Assembly (NCBI GenBank): GCA_018238155.1
Contig: JABCTZ010000019.1
Coordinates: 131,774 to 195,773 of the forward strand
Direction: 5' to 3'
DNA: 64,000 nt
From: Candidatus Heimdallarchaeota archaeon
Lineage (GTDB): Archaea; Asgardarchaeota; Heimdallarchaeia; JABLTI01
In this document: in pieces, positions 1-10,091 of the stretch
Position numbering within the stretch: the first letter of the stretch is position 1
Layout of the letters: each line of letters begins with the position of its first letter
The notes under the pieces: generated by a model
What the model was told of the DNA's origin: nothing
Databases searched by the model: none
Seen by the model: the letters and a program-made list of their open reading frames with translations, nothing else
Position numbers and translations under genes: made by a program

Positions 1-819
1 GTATTCATCACTAACAATGGTTCGTAATATTTGCTCATTAGATTCCCCAACAATGGTTTTTGTTCCGATGATAATCGTTGGAATGGAAAGAATACCGTGT
101 TCACTTGCAGTATTTTTATCTGCTTCAACATCGACGACCTTAATGGTCATTGGATATTGTGAAGAAATATTTGTTAATCTATCAAAAACAGGATCACAGA
201 AATCACAATTAGGTCCAGAAAAGAACATTACAGGTAAAGTTTTCTCTTCAAAAGCGTTGTTAAAAAGAACCTTCCTTTTTTTGGGGACACCAAATTCTTC
301 ATTCCAAGTGGTAAGCATCTTAGCTATCATGGAAAAAATATCAACAACATTCTGACCTGTTTTTGCACTAGCAAAAACAATTCCATTGACATCTTTCCGA
401 ACGCTGGAATTGATCACTTCATCGGCAATAACATTCATATCATAATTCAAATCAATTTTATTGAAAAGGATAATTTTAGGTATTTTACGGTTGATAGCTT
501 GATTTAATTTATCATTCCATGTGGAGAGACTTTCAATGGTTTCAGGTCTAGATACATCAGCAACGAATATAGCTGCATCAGTTTCAATCAAATATCGAAA
601 AGCAAACTGTTTGAAAGCTTCTTGTCCACCAATGTCCCAAACGGATAACCCAACTCTTTTTTCAGAAATATCAATATAACGAGTATAGATATTAAATCCT
701 AACGTAGCATAATATTTGGTTTTAAATTGATTATGGACATATCGTTGTATAATGCTTGTTTTTCCAACATTTGGATTGCCTAGCACAACAATCTTTCGGC
801 AGTCAACTGACCCCAACAA
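1..819 (-). CDS. Rab/Ras-like small GTPase fused to a C-terminal thioredoxin-like (CxxC) domain; runs off the left edge of the window
   Basis: Not in the ORF track; translated by hand from a TTG at 819. Motifs: G1 GNPNVGKTS, G2 YATLG, G3 WDIGGQ, G4 NKID, G5 SAKTG. These are followed in frame by FFSGPNCDFC and a cis-Pro-like SIPTIIIG. No stop before position 1. Confidence 0.9.
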   Translation of the reverse strand, partial: MLGSVDCRKIVVLGNPNVGKTSIIQRYVHNQFKTKYYATLGFNIYTRYIDISEKRVGLSVWDIGGQEAFKQFAFRYLIETDAAIFVADVSRPETIESLSTWNDKLNQAINRKIPKIILFNKIDLNYDMNVIADEVINSSVRKDVNGIVFASAKTGQNVVDIFSMIAKMLTTWNEEFGVPKKRKVLFNNAFEEKTLPVMFFSGPNCDFCDPVFDRLTNISSQYPMTIKVVDVEADKNTASEHGILSIPTIIIGTKTIVGESNEQILRTIVSDEY

Positions 820-939
820 TGTGCACACCGCGATTTCGCTTGAGAGAACTATATTCCTTATCAAGTTTATTTAATTAAGTTATTATCTGAATAATCTGTT
901 TTAAGTAGCTTTGCATTTAGGAAAAAGTTTGATTGAAAA

Positions 940-1266
940 TCACTTGTTGATGACAAGTGCCCTTGAACCTTCATGACAAAGCTCACAGTAAGTAATGACT
1001 CGAGATGGTGTGCCTGCTTTTATACGAACATGAGCGTTAATCCCTGGATAAAGAAATTTCTTACATTTACGACAGAATCTAAAACGCCATTTCTTAGGCA
1101 TTTGTATCTTTACTTTCATAGCAATTTTTCGAGCACGTTCTCCATATCGAATTGCAAGAAGAGGCTCATCAGAGTAGATAACATCAGCTTTAGTAAGAAG
1201 AATTTCAATGCGTTCTATAGCAATTCTTTTTGTTTCTGTAGCTTCTTTTCGACGACGACGGCTCAT
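940..1266 (-). CDS. rnp4: Ribonuclease P protein component 4 (Rpp21)
   Basis: IAIERIEIL, ARKIAMK, RFCRKCKKFLYPG, CELC Zn ribbon. The likely start is MSRRRRK at 1266, not the ORF-track start at 1359. Confidence 0.93.
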   Translation of the reverse strand: MSRRRRKEATETKRIAIERIEILLTKADVIYSDEPLLAIRYGERARKIAMKVKIQMPKKWRFRFCRKCKKFLYPGINAHVRIKAGTPSRVITYCELCHEGSRALVINK

Positions 1267-1442
1267 GGAATCACCCAGTACAAATAGTAAATAGTTCAAG
1301 ATGGGAATATTTAGCAATAAAAATTGTTCGTAGTACACGATTAAAGTCAAAGAATACAATGTTTGTCTTCAATCTTATTCAGAAGAAGAATCTTTATCTT
1401 TAAGGTTACTAAGAATCATATGTAATAGGAGACGATAATGTT

Positions 1443-2774
1443 TTGGCTTCCAAAATTGATAGAAAGGAACTTATTGATTTATTAGAAAAGCTTGTGAGAT
1501 TCGATACGGTAAATGATTTATCGAAAGGTAAGAAATTGACCAAAGAGTGCCCTCAGTTCATTGTTAATTACCTCAAAGAGAGAAGTGTTACAGCAGAAAT
1601 TTTTGATGATGAAGGATTTTATTCTGTATTTGGGAAAATAGGTAAAGGGAAATATCATCTGTTGTTAATGGCTCATTTTGACGTCGTTCCTGTTGGTGAT
1701 GGTTGGGATACAGACCCATTCAAAATGGAAGTTAAGGATGGTCTAGCTTATGGTCGAGGAGTTATTGATAATAAAAATAATATTGCATCAATAATGACCA
1801 TCTTACCTGAAATACAAAAGCTAAACTTAGATAAAATGTCAGTTTGTTTCGAGCTCTCTGGAGATGAGGAAATTGGAGGGGTTCATAGTGCAGGAAATTA
1901 TCTAAAAAAATTCGGTAGAATGCCTGATGCAGTTATGAATTTAGATGGCGCTGGAACAGTAGTAATCTCAAGAAGACGAAATGCCATGGGTGCTAAGGTC
2001 TCTATTCCTAAAAAGAAAGATACTATCAAAGGAAAAATCATCTCAAAGAAATTCGAGTCAAATCAATGGGGACGGCACTCTGCTTATCAACATCCTGGTG
2101 CAGATGTCCATGCAATGATCCTGGCATCTCGAGAGGTATCTTTTAATGATTGGAAGGTAGCGAGTATTTCCGGGAAATTCATCAAAGGAAATGTTGTTCC
2201 TGATGAAATAATCTTGGATGTAGTTGTCTCAGAAGAGAATGGACAAGAAATAGAATATGATGAAGGATTAACAACAATTTTTGAAAAACTTAGATTTCTA
2301 GTTCGAACACAGCTACAAACGGAGTTCTCTACCTATGGTGTTACGATCGGTCCAAACGTCCTTTCTGACAATGACGATGCTTGGGAACTTTTACTTGATA
2401 TCAGAGCTATGACTCAAAAATATGATGAAGTAGAAGTAGCTCTAAGAGAAATGTGCGATGAATTATTTGGTGAGAAATCATACCAATTGAATTTCAAACC
2501 TGGTCAAGGAATGGTGAACACTCCCAAAGATGCTTTGATAATTAAAATGGCGATGGATTTATCAAAGAAATATGACTATCCAGCAAAAATAGTTGAAATG
2601 GGTGGAGCATCTGATGCACGGTATTTCTCTATGCTAGGCATACCAACATTCGATTTCGGACCAATAGGTGGTGGTGTTCATGCGAGAAATGAATGGTTAA
2701 ACATTGATTCCTTTGTAAAAGTGACTGATTTTTATCTAGATTTGGTTGAAGAAGTTCTCAACAAGGTTAAGTAA
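1443..2774 (+). CDS. M20/ArgE/DapE-family metallopeptidase or deacylase
   Basis: AHFDVVP, YGRGVIDNK, DEEIGG, GGASDARYF, and HARNE motifs. Confidence 0.9.
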   Translation: MASKIDRKELIDLLEKLVRFDTVNDLSKGKKLTKECPQFIVNYLKERSVTAEIFDDEGFYSVFGKIGKGKYHLLLMAHFDVVPVGDGWDTDPFKMEVKDGLAYGRGVIDNKNNIASIMTILPEIQKLNLDKMSVCFELSGDEEIGGVHSAGNYLKKFGRMPDAVMNLDGAGTVVISRRRNAMGAKVSIPKKKDTIKGKIISKKFESNQWGRHSAYQHPGADVHAMILASREVSFNDWKVASISGKFIKGNVVPDEIILDVVVSEENGQEIEYDEGLTTIFEKLRFLVRTQLQTEFSTYGVTIGPNVLSDNDDAWELLLDIRAMTQKYDEVEVALREMCDELFGEKSYQLNFKPGQGMVNTPKDALIIKMAMDLSKKYDYPAKIVEMGGASDARYFSMLGIPTFDFGPIGGGVHARNEWLNIDSFVKVTDFYLDLVEEVLNKVK

Positions 2775-2892
2775 GTAATGACCTTTCAAGGAAGATTCTC
2801 TTCCTCTTTCTTTTGTTTCCTTATTGAAATATAGATAGCTTAAGATTCTAAGAAAGAGTAGAATTAAAACCAAAAAAAGCAGAGTAACAAAT

Positions 2893-5580
2893 TCAAATTT
2901 CTTTTAAAGTAAAGTAGAATATTGAACCTTCGCTTACCTTGCTTTCAATCCAAATTTTACCATGATGCTTTTCGATAATACGTTTCACAATAGCTAACCC
3001 AATACCAAAACCACTATACTCATCTGATGAATGAAATCGTTGAAATGGTTTGAATATTTTCTCAGCATCAATATTGAACCCTATTCCATTATCTCGAATG
3101 AAGTAAACAGTGTTCCCTTCATGTTTTTTTGTACCAAAGACAATCAACGGTTTTTCGACTTTTTTTGAAAATTTAAAAGCATTATCAAGTAAATTAAATA
3201 GTAACATCTGAATTAAACGAGAATCACAATGAACTTCAATATTTTTCTTAACCTTGAGCTTAACTTTTTCATCTGGATATAATGCTTTGATATTCTCAAA
3301 AGTAGCCTTAACATAATTACTAAGATTTATTTTTTTCCAATCCATTTCAAAACTTGAGACCATTGCTAAATTAGTTAATTCATCAATAAGAATATCCATT
3401 TTAGTTGTAGCTTTTCTTATTCTAGTGAAATATTCTTTTGCTTTATCATCGAAAAGGGATGAATATTCCTCATTCAATAAGTGAGTTAATCCATTAATAC
3501 CTCTCAAAGGTGTTCTCAAATCATGAGAAATGGTATAGGAGAATTCTTCTAGCTCAGTGATTGTCTTTTGCAATTCCTTAGTGCGTTCATCAACACGTTG
3601 TTCTAACTTCTCATTTAACATCCGCAGTTTCTCTTCACTAGCTTTCAGAGCTTGATCACTCAGCATTCTTTCTAAGACTGTTGAGAGGATACCTGTTAAG
3701 GTTTCAAATAATGATTCGTCTTCCTTATGAAGTTCTTTCAAATTATAAGCACCAATTGCAAATGTGCCAATAAATTCTTGCTTTGAATTAAGCAATGGCC
3801 AAACTACTTGTGATTTAATTTGCAGTGCTGCCAATCTTTGTTTATGTTTATTAGAAAGTGAACTTTTGCTAACTTCTGGAGAATAAAAAATACTTTTTGT
3901 TCTAGCTACATGTGCAACAAAAAAATCTGGATCATTGATTGAAATAGATTCAATTATTCTGCTTTTTTCATGTGGTTTTATTCCAGCATCTGCAATAAGA
4001 ACAAGTGTTTGTTTCTTCAGATTTAGCAATCGAATGGTCCCAACATCAAATTCAAATGAATTCATTATTCCAACTAATGCTGCTTTTGCTAAGCTTTGAA
4101 TATCTTTTGCAAATAATGCTGCTTCTGCAACAATACGAAAAGCTTTACGTTCTCTTCTTTGTTTTTCTTCTAAATTTCTTTTCTCAGTAATATCAAATAA
4201 AATACTTCGATAATGAGTTATTTTACCTCTAGAATTCTTTCTAACTGATGAGAATCCAATAATCCAGAGCATCTTATTATCTTTAGTGCGAACTCTATAC
4301 TCAACACTATACTCACCAAGGACTTTCTTCTTGCCTATTTCTCTGGCTTTTTCATCAACACGTTTTGCATCTTCTTCGGGAACAATGTCATAATAACTTA
4401 TTTTACCACTATAGAATTCCTCTGGAGTGTATCCCCATTGATCGATGACGTTATCTGAGATAAATTCAATAGGCCAATTAGGCTCATTGCGCCATAAAAT
4501 AACTAGAGCAGAGCTTGAACTAATTATACGATTAAGTTCCTCGCGCTCATTGTAAGCTCTAGCTAATGCTTCCTCAGCAAGAAGTTTCGCTATAGCATTT
4601 GCTAACACTCCTGTTATAGTCTCAAAGAATCTCTTTTCTCTATTAGAAAGTGTTTTGTTTTCACACGAGGAAAGTTGAATGGAACCAACAGGTTCTCTAT
4701 TTGTTCCTAATAACGGGCTTGCAATACCCGATTTAATATTAAATTTCATTAAACTAGGATAAAATTCCTTTAGAGATTCATCTTGAAAAACATCTGCTGA
4801 AGTAATCGTTTTTCTATTATTTACTACATAAACCATTATATTTGTGTCATCTATCAAAGATAAATCTCGAAAACTTTCCGATAATTCATCCGGGTAACCA
4901 ATAATACTTCGCAATTCTAGAATTGACTTGTCATTGTTTAACGTGCTAATAGCACCATAATCATATTTCAATATTGATCGTAAATCTCGGAGTATTTCTA
5001 TACAAAATTTGGAAACATTCGTATATTTGCTCATCGCATTAGCAATAAGCGCAAAAGCTTTGCTTTCCATTTCAAGTGTTATTTCTAATTGCTTTTTTTT
5101 GGAAACATCTCTAAAAAAACTCTGTATATAGATTCCATTTCCATCTTCATCACATACTAGAATTGGTTTTATTTCTGCAGTAAAAATTTCACCATTTTTT
5201 CTTCTATAAATGCGCTCATAAACAGGAATCTTTTTGCCAGCCCATATATCCTTCCACCGTTGGTTGGCTTTTTCCTTCTCAGATTCAGCTATTAGTTCGG
5301 TACCATGACGACCCATTAATTCTTCAATAGTGTATCCAAAAAGATCTGCAGCAGATTGATTGACATTGGTGTAATACCCATTTTTGTCTATAAACATTAA
5401 TGCTTCATACTCAATTTCAAACAATGCTTTGATTTTAGTTTCTGACTCTTTTAATTGCTTTTCTAATGATTTAATGCTTTTTTTAAGTGAGGTTATCTGT
5501 TCATTTTTATCTAAGAGCTCCTCTGATTTTTTGATAATTAAATTATCTGAAGAGGACTTCTTACTCATATAAAACACCAA
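2893..5580 (-). CDS. Soluble PAS-GAF-PAS-GAF sensor histidine kinase
   Basis: Two PAS and two GAF-like segments; H-box ISHDLRTPL, N-box NLLDNAFKF, DNGIG, GFGIGLAIV. Confidence 0.92.
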   Translation of the reverse strand: MVFYMSKKSSSDNLIIKKSEELLDKNEQITSLKKSIKSLEKQLKESETKIKALFEIEYEALMFIDKNGYYTNVNQSAADLFGYTIEELMGRHGTELIAESEKEKANQRWKDIWAGKKIPVYERIYRRKNGEIFTAEIKPILVCDEDGNGIYIQSFFRDVSKKKQLEITLEMESKAFALIANAMSKYTNVSKFCIEILRDLRSILKYDYGAISTLNNDKSILELRSIIGYPDELSESFRDLSLIDDTNIMVYVVNNRKTITSADVFQDESLKEFYPSLMKFNIKSGIASPLLGTNREPVGSIQLSSCENKTLSNREKRFFETITGVLANAIAKLLAEEALARAYNEREELNRIISSSSALVILWRNEPNWPIEFISDNVIDQWGYTPEEFYSGKISYYDIVPEEDAKRVDEKAREIGKKKVLGEYSVEYRVRTKDNKMLWIIGFSSVRKNSRGKITHYRSILFDITEKRNLEEKQRRERKAFRIVAEAALFAKDIQSLAKAALVGIMNSFEFDVGTIRLLNLKKQTLVLIADAGIKPHEKSRIIESISINDPDFFVAHVARTKSIFYSPEVSKSSLSNKHKQRLAALQIKSQVVWPLLNSKQEFIGTFAIGAYNLKELHKEDESLFETLTGILSTVLERMLSDQALKASEEKLRMLNEKLEQRVDERTKELQKTITELEEFSYTISHDLRTPLRGINGLTHLLNEEYSSLFDDKAKEYFTRIRKATTKMDILIDELTNLAMVSSFEMDWKKINLSNYVKATFENIKALYPDEKVKLKVKKNIEVHCDSRLIQMLLFNLLDNAFKFSKKVEKPLIVFGTKKHEGNTVYFIRDNGIGFNIDAEKIFKPFQRFHSSDEYSGFGIGLAIVKRIIEKHHGKIWIESKVSEGSIFYFTLKEI

Positions 5581-5801
5581 TAAATAATACTCTCACTAAA
5601 CCGACATAAATTATTTATGGTAAAATACGCTTAAAAACTAAATAAAGTAGTCGTTTTATAAAAAAGATTTTGATTATCATTTCTGATAAATTATAAATGA
5701 ATAAAAAAGCATCTACAACTTATCTTCACTTAAGAGTAAATCTTAAAAGCTAATATGAAAACCAACTAACAAAGTGAAGTATATTATCATCATTAACTTT
5801 C

Positions 5802-5886
5802 GCGGGGGTAGCCTAGCTAGGTCAAAGGTGCTAGACTCAGACTCTAGTCTCGTAGGAGTTCGCGCGTTCAAATCGCGCCTCCCGCA
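5802..5886 (+). tRNA. tRNA-Leu(CAG)
   Basis: Acceptor stem GCGGGGG/CTCCCGC+A, anticodon arm CTAGA-CT-CAG-AC-TCTAG, long variable arm, GTTCAAATC T-loop; CCA not encoded. Confidence 0.95.
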
Positions 5887-5909
5887 CTATTTTATCTTAT
5901 TCGCTTCTT

Positions 5910-7748
5910 TCAGATATTTAACATAGGCTTAACAATTTCTTCCAGAATTTCCCAATTTTTCTCTTTAAATTTATTTGATAGCTCAGTTAAATTGATTACT
6001 TGTTGCATGTAGAGGAATTTATGCTTATTTTCGTCAAGCACCCGAAAAGTTTTCGGCAGTAAATTTGAAAGATGAATTTTTTCCAGACCATCTCCATTGC
6101 TTTCTAAATTAATAAAAGAAATCTTCACTTGTCCTTTTTTCTTCATCAACAGGATTTGCTCGAAATATTTCTCTGCAATTTCGTCTATTTCCTCAGAATT
6201 GTTGTGTGTTACAAGTACAATGTATCCATCTGTAATTTTCCTTAATTCTTTTAATTTAGGATTTCTGATATTACTAAAGCTTTGCGCGTTTAGATTCAAA
6301 ATCTTTAGTGGATGCTTAATTTTTCTACTTGATTTATTTGGTTGAACTGTATATGTTAGTGATATACCCGGACTAAAATATTTACGTTGTAGTAAATCAT
6401 CTAGCTCATGTTTGAACAAGTACTTGTCATTTATATCTCCATATCCTGCCCGTGAGATGAACAGTGCTCCAAACATAAAGTAACTAACATTTAACTTATT
6501 GTTTAATCCAAGAATCACAATATTCCTAATTCTTCTCCCTTTAGCTATTTGTATCAGAATAATGATGAATGTTATAATTCCAATGAAGGGAGGAAAAAAT
6601 TTGAAATAAGAAAGTAAGTGAAAGTTGTAAATTTCTCTATATTCCCAATAAATGAGGAAAACTGGTATAATTGCTATTGTTGCCAGAAGAAAGAGAATGA
6701 AATTAAAAATCTTCCAAGGATGTTTAGGTAGAGTAAATGAATAATTAGTTGGATTCGTAATAGTGCCCAATGACCAATAGGTGCTTGTTGGCGTTTTACT
6801 ATCCGAATAATCTATTACCGTATGATTTGTTGGGACAATTCGGAAACGATCTCTTGAAAATAGTATCTTTCCTCCCATAGTTTTTAACATTGAGTATATT
6901 TTCTTTTGGATTTTTTTACCTTCATCAATTCTCTCTCTTACTTCTCCATTAATAAAACCTAGTTGAGATTCTACAGCTTCTTCTGTAAGCTCTTCTAATT
7001 GAAAATACATCCCTTTTGTGTTCTTACAATTTTGGAATTTAGCTGCTACTTTTTTCGGTAAATTGTCATATACACTTCTTTCTCTAATGAGATGCTTATA
7101 ACTATAAATATCAACATCGAATGTCAAAAGTCGCCCTTCACCATTACAAGTTAGGCAAATAATACTCCCACTACCGTTACAAGTACCGCACGTTTGATCG
7201 CCACTTCCATTACAGCTCCTACAGTTTCCATTAAAGCAATGTGAGCAATCAACCCACCCTCTACCGCCACACCATGTGCAATCATCATCATTAATGCATG
7301 AACATCTCTTTTTACCTCTTCCATTACACCAATTGCAATCGCCATCTCCACCGCAGCTTGAGCAATCATCTTCCCCACTGCCATGACAGTTCGTACAAGT
7401 AATTTCCCTTCGACCATTGCATTTATGGCACGTGTGAAATTGAACTGTTTCTTGGAGCGGAAATTCTTGTGTCTGGTTAGTAAAATGTGTAGGTCTTGTA
7501 GGGGATGCAACTTTATAATATTTTATATGTTCAAAATATGAAGCAGGACGTTCCCGTGTTTGTCTTACATAAAATTCTTCTTCTGTTTCTACTTGAACAG
7601 AAATCCCTATATCTTCATCTATTTCACGAATTGAAAGCTTCTCTAACACATTTTGCTTTCGGAAAAGCTTGGATCTAAATGAATTATAAGATTCATTCTC
7701 AGAGATAAATAACTGAAGAATTGTATCTGGGTTTAGTTTTCTTGACAT
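5910..7748 (-). CDS. DnaJ-type CxxCxGxG zinc-finger repeat protein resembling SSUH2, with two TM helices and a degenerate P-loop-like C-terminal domain
   Basis: About 9 CxxCxGxG-like repeats, no J-domain (no HPD), two hydrophobic helices around aa 345-400. Confidence 0.75.
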   Translation of the reverse strand: MSRKLNPDTILQLFISENESYNSFRSKLFRKQNVLEKLSIREIDEDIGISVQVETEEEFYVRQTRERPASYFEHIKYYKVASPTRPTHFTNQTQEFPLQETVQFHTCHKCNGRREITCTNCHGSGEDDCSSCGGDGDCNWCNGRGKKRCSCINDDDCTWCGGRGWVDCSHCFNGNCRSCNGSGDQTCGTCNGSGSIICLTCNGEGRLLTFDVDIYSYKHLIRERSVYDNLPKKVAAKFQNCKNTKGMYFQLEELTEEAVESQLGFINGEVRERIDEGKKIQKKIYSMLKTMGGKILFSRDRFRIVPTNHTVIDYSDSKTPTSTYWSLGTITNPTNYSFTLPKHPWKIFNFILFLLATIAIIPVFLIYWEYREIYNFHLLSYFKFFPPFIGIITFIIILIQIAKGRRIRNIVILGLNNKLNVSYFMFGALFISRAGYGDINDKYLFKHELDDLLQRKYFSPGISLTYTVQPNKSSRKIKHPLKILNLNAQSFSNIRNPKLKELRKITDGYIVLVTHNNSEEIDEIAEKYFEQILLMKKKGQVKISFINLESNGDGLEKIHLSNLLPKTFRVLDENKHKFLYMQQVINLTELSNKFKEKNWEILEEIVKPMLNI

Positions 7749-8130
7749 TTAATCATCTCATGTTCTGGAGTAAATTTTGAGAGCTTCAAAAATTATTATT
7801 TTTAATTAAACCTATTAACCTGTTCCAATAATTTTAGTTACACTACTTTTTCTCTGAAGTTATTTCATTCTGCTAACTTTTTAAACCTTTGATGTTGGAA
7901 ATCAAAAAGTCGCTTAAACCCAAATTAAACAAATGTAGCTGAAAAAAAAATGAAAAGTAGGCTAGCTTAAACAATCTACTTTAAAAATTTTTGAATTACT
8001 TATCAAAAACTTCAGCAAATTCTTCAATGGTTTTTGCAGTATTGTTTTTTTCTCCAACAACCAGTAAGGTTTGGAATTTTCCCTTTTTTGAATTTGAATA
8101 TTATTGATAATTACCATTCAATAAATCATT

Positions 8131-8163
8131 GAGCTGTGCGTTCCTGTTGTGCCTCCCGCACTA
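8131..8163 (+). repeat. Degenerate duplicate of the tRNA-Leu 3' end (attR-like)
   Basis: GAGCTGTGCGTTCCTGTTGTGCCTCCCGCACTA vs tRNA GAGTTCGCGCGTTCAAATCGCGCCTCCCGCACTA. Confidence 0.75.
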
Positions 8164-8173
8164 ATAATCATTA

Positions 8174-8413
8174 TTAGATCTCGTTTAGTTCCATGCCAAA
8201 TTTTGTTGCTTTTCTTTTTCCTAACCAAAAAACTCTTCGAAAATTGGCTTCCTTAACAATTTGAGCGCCAGTTTTATGTATAATTCTTTTCTCAATAAAA
8301 TTCCCTTTTAATTCCATAGGAAAATAATCGATTTCATAATTAGAGAGAACATCACCTATAGCAGTCTTTTTTGTACGTTCTCTCATAGTGAAATAAATAA
8401 TCACAGCTTTCAT
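8174..8413 (-). pseudogene. Flavodoxin-like gene with apparent internal deletions
   Basis: MKAVIIYFTMRERTKKTA resembles a flavodoxin N-terminus and the C-terminus is also flavodoxin-like, but the product is only ~79 aa and lacks the central core. Confidence 0.5.
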
Positions 8414-8674
8414 AGTTTTATATTCCACAAACACCTTTTCAATCCTCAAATTTTCAGCTAAATATACTTTGAATTCTATATAATGTTTCATAGAAAAATT
8501 TGCATTTTACTTACATTAATTTTAATGTTCCAAACCCTCTAACAAAAAATATTTCTAACAGTAATCTACATTAAGACCTACTATTAATCTCTTGAAGTTA
8601 AATTTGATGATTTAAAATGAATTATTTTTAACTTTAAAAGTAAAATTATGAAAGGTAATAATTGGGTTGACACA

Positions 8675-10090
8675 ATGAAAACAAATTCTGAATTATTAAA
8701 TCAAATAGATTTAGATCGTATTCTAAAAAAAGCATCTACATTGGGTGCATCTTACACAGACATTCGATTTCAAAATTACCAAGAAGAAACAATTCAAATT
8801 GAAGATGAGAAGTTAGATAATTTTAACTCATCAAATCGAGTAGGGATTGGTGTTCGAGTAACAGTAAATAATGCTGTCGGTTTTGCTTCAACGAGTGACT
8901 TAAACAAAAAAAGTGTTGATGAGACAATAAGAGTAGCTGTTAAAGCAGCAAAATCTTTTACTAGTAAAAAAGGAGTCTTTGCTCAACCAAAAAAATTAGT
9001 TCAAAAACAAATATTTAAACCAACAAAAATCAATCCTTTTGATATATCTCCAGAAGAGAAAGTTTCTCTCCTTATCGAAGCTAATAAGGCGGCTAAGATA
9101 AGTGATGAAATCAAAAGCAGAACTACTATAATGGGCTATTCTGAAAATTATCGATACTTTATCTCTTCTGAAGGTTTTCAAAGTATCTCGTCTATTCCTC
9201 TAATCGGTATTCATCATTTTTCTGTTGCTTCTGTTAATGGTAAGCTTGAAAGAATGGGATACGGGACAGGGGATTGTTTGGGTTATGATTTCATTACATC
9301 TCGAAATTGGGATGATTTCACTGTAGATATATCGGAATTAACTGTTCAAGCAGTAAATGCTGTTGCTCCTTCTTCAGGAACATATACAGTAATTGCCGAC
9401 CCAGATCTAGTCGGATTGCTTGTTCACGAAGCTTTTGGTCATGCAGCAGAAGCTGATTTAGTTTTTACTGGTTCTTCTACTTTGAAGGATCGATTAGGTG
9501 AGCAATTAGCTGACGAACAAGTAACAATAATAGATCAAGGAGATATTCCTGGTGGTTATTTTGTACCATTTGACGACGAGGGTGTAATGAAAGAAAAAAC
9601 AGTTATTTTAGATAAAGGTGTTCTTAAAGGATATATGCACGATAGAAACTCCGCAAATGAATTACACGTTCAACCCACTGGAAATGCCCGTGCGCAAGAT
9701 TTCGAAAACCAACCACAAGTACGAATGACTAATACTTTTATCGATAATGGAAAATATTCATTCGATGAAATGGTAGAGGATATCAAAACAGGGATATATA
9801 TCAAACGAAAAGGTGGCGGAGGAGGGCAAGTAGACACCGCTTCTGGAACGTTCACTTTTCGATGTGGAGAAAGCTACATGATTCGTAATGGAGAATTAGC
9901 TGAACCTGTTAGAGGTGTAGTTTTAAGTGGACTGATTTTAGATACTTTGAAAACAGTTGATGCTGTAGGAAATGATCTAGCTATTCATAATCGCTTCTTT
10001 GGCGCTTGTGGAAAAGGAGGGCAGCGCGCTTCTGTAGGGAGCGGAGGTCCTCATATTCGAATTCAAGAAATAACTATTGGAGGGAAATAA
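8675..10090 (+). CDS. tldD: TldD-family metalloprotease
   Basis: HEAFGHAAEAD, PFDDEG, GNARA, RMTNT, CGKGGQ, GGPH; likely start MKTNSEL. Confidence 0.93.
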   Translation: MKTNSELLNQIDLDRILKKASTLGASYTDIRFQNYQEETIQIEDEKLDNFNSSNRVGIGVRVTVNNAVGFASTSDLNKKSVDETIRVAVKAAKSFTSKKGVFAQPKKLVQKQIFKPTKINPFDISPEEKVSLLIEANKAAKISDEIKSRTTIMGYSENYRYFISSEGFQSISSIPLIGIHHFSVASVNGKLERMGYGTGDCLGYDFITSRNWDDFTVDISELTVQAVNAVAPSSGTYTVIADPDLVGLLVHEAFGHAAEADLVFTGSSTLKDRLGEQLADEQVTIIDQGDIPGGYFVPFDDEGVMKEKTVILDKGVLKGYMHDRNSANELHVQPTGNARAQDFENQPQVRMTNTFIDNGKYSFDEMVEDIKTGIYIKRKGGGGGQVDTASGTFTFRCGESYMIRNGELAEPVRGVVLSGLILDTLKTVDAVGNDLAIHNRFFGACGKGGQRASVGSGGPHIRIQEITIGGK

Positions 10091-10091
10091 G

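Larger units (their letters stand above)
5877..8163. mobile_element. Decayed islet integrated at the 3' end of tRNA-Leu (no integrase)
   Basis: GCCTCCCGCACTA (5877-5889) recurs exactly at 8151-8163; extended gapped match 5856-5889 vs 8131-8163 is 26/34. Confidence 0.7.

Noticed and set aside
17-355. 112-aa + strand ORF and the many other short antisense or nested ORFs in the track
   Set aside because: They are shadows of well-supported genes on the opposite strand or in another frame
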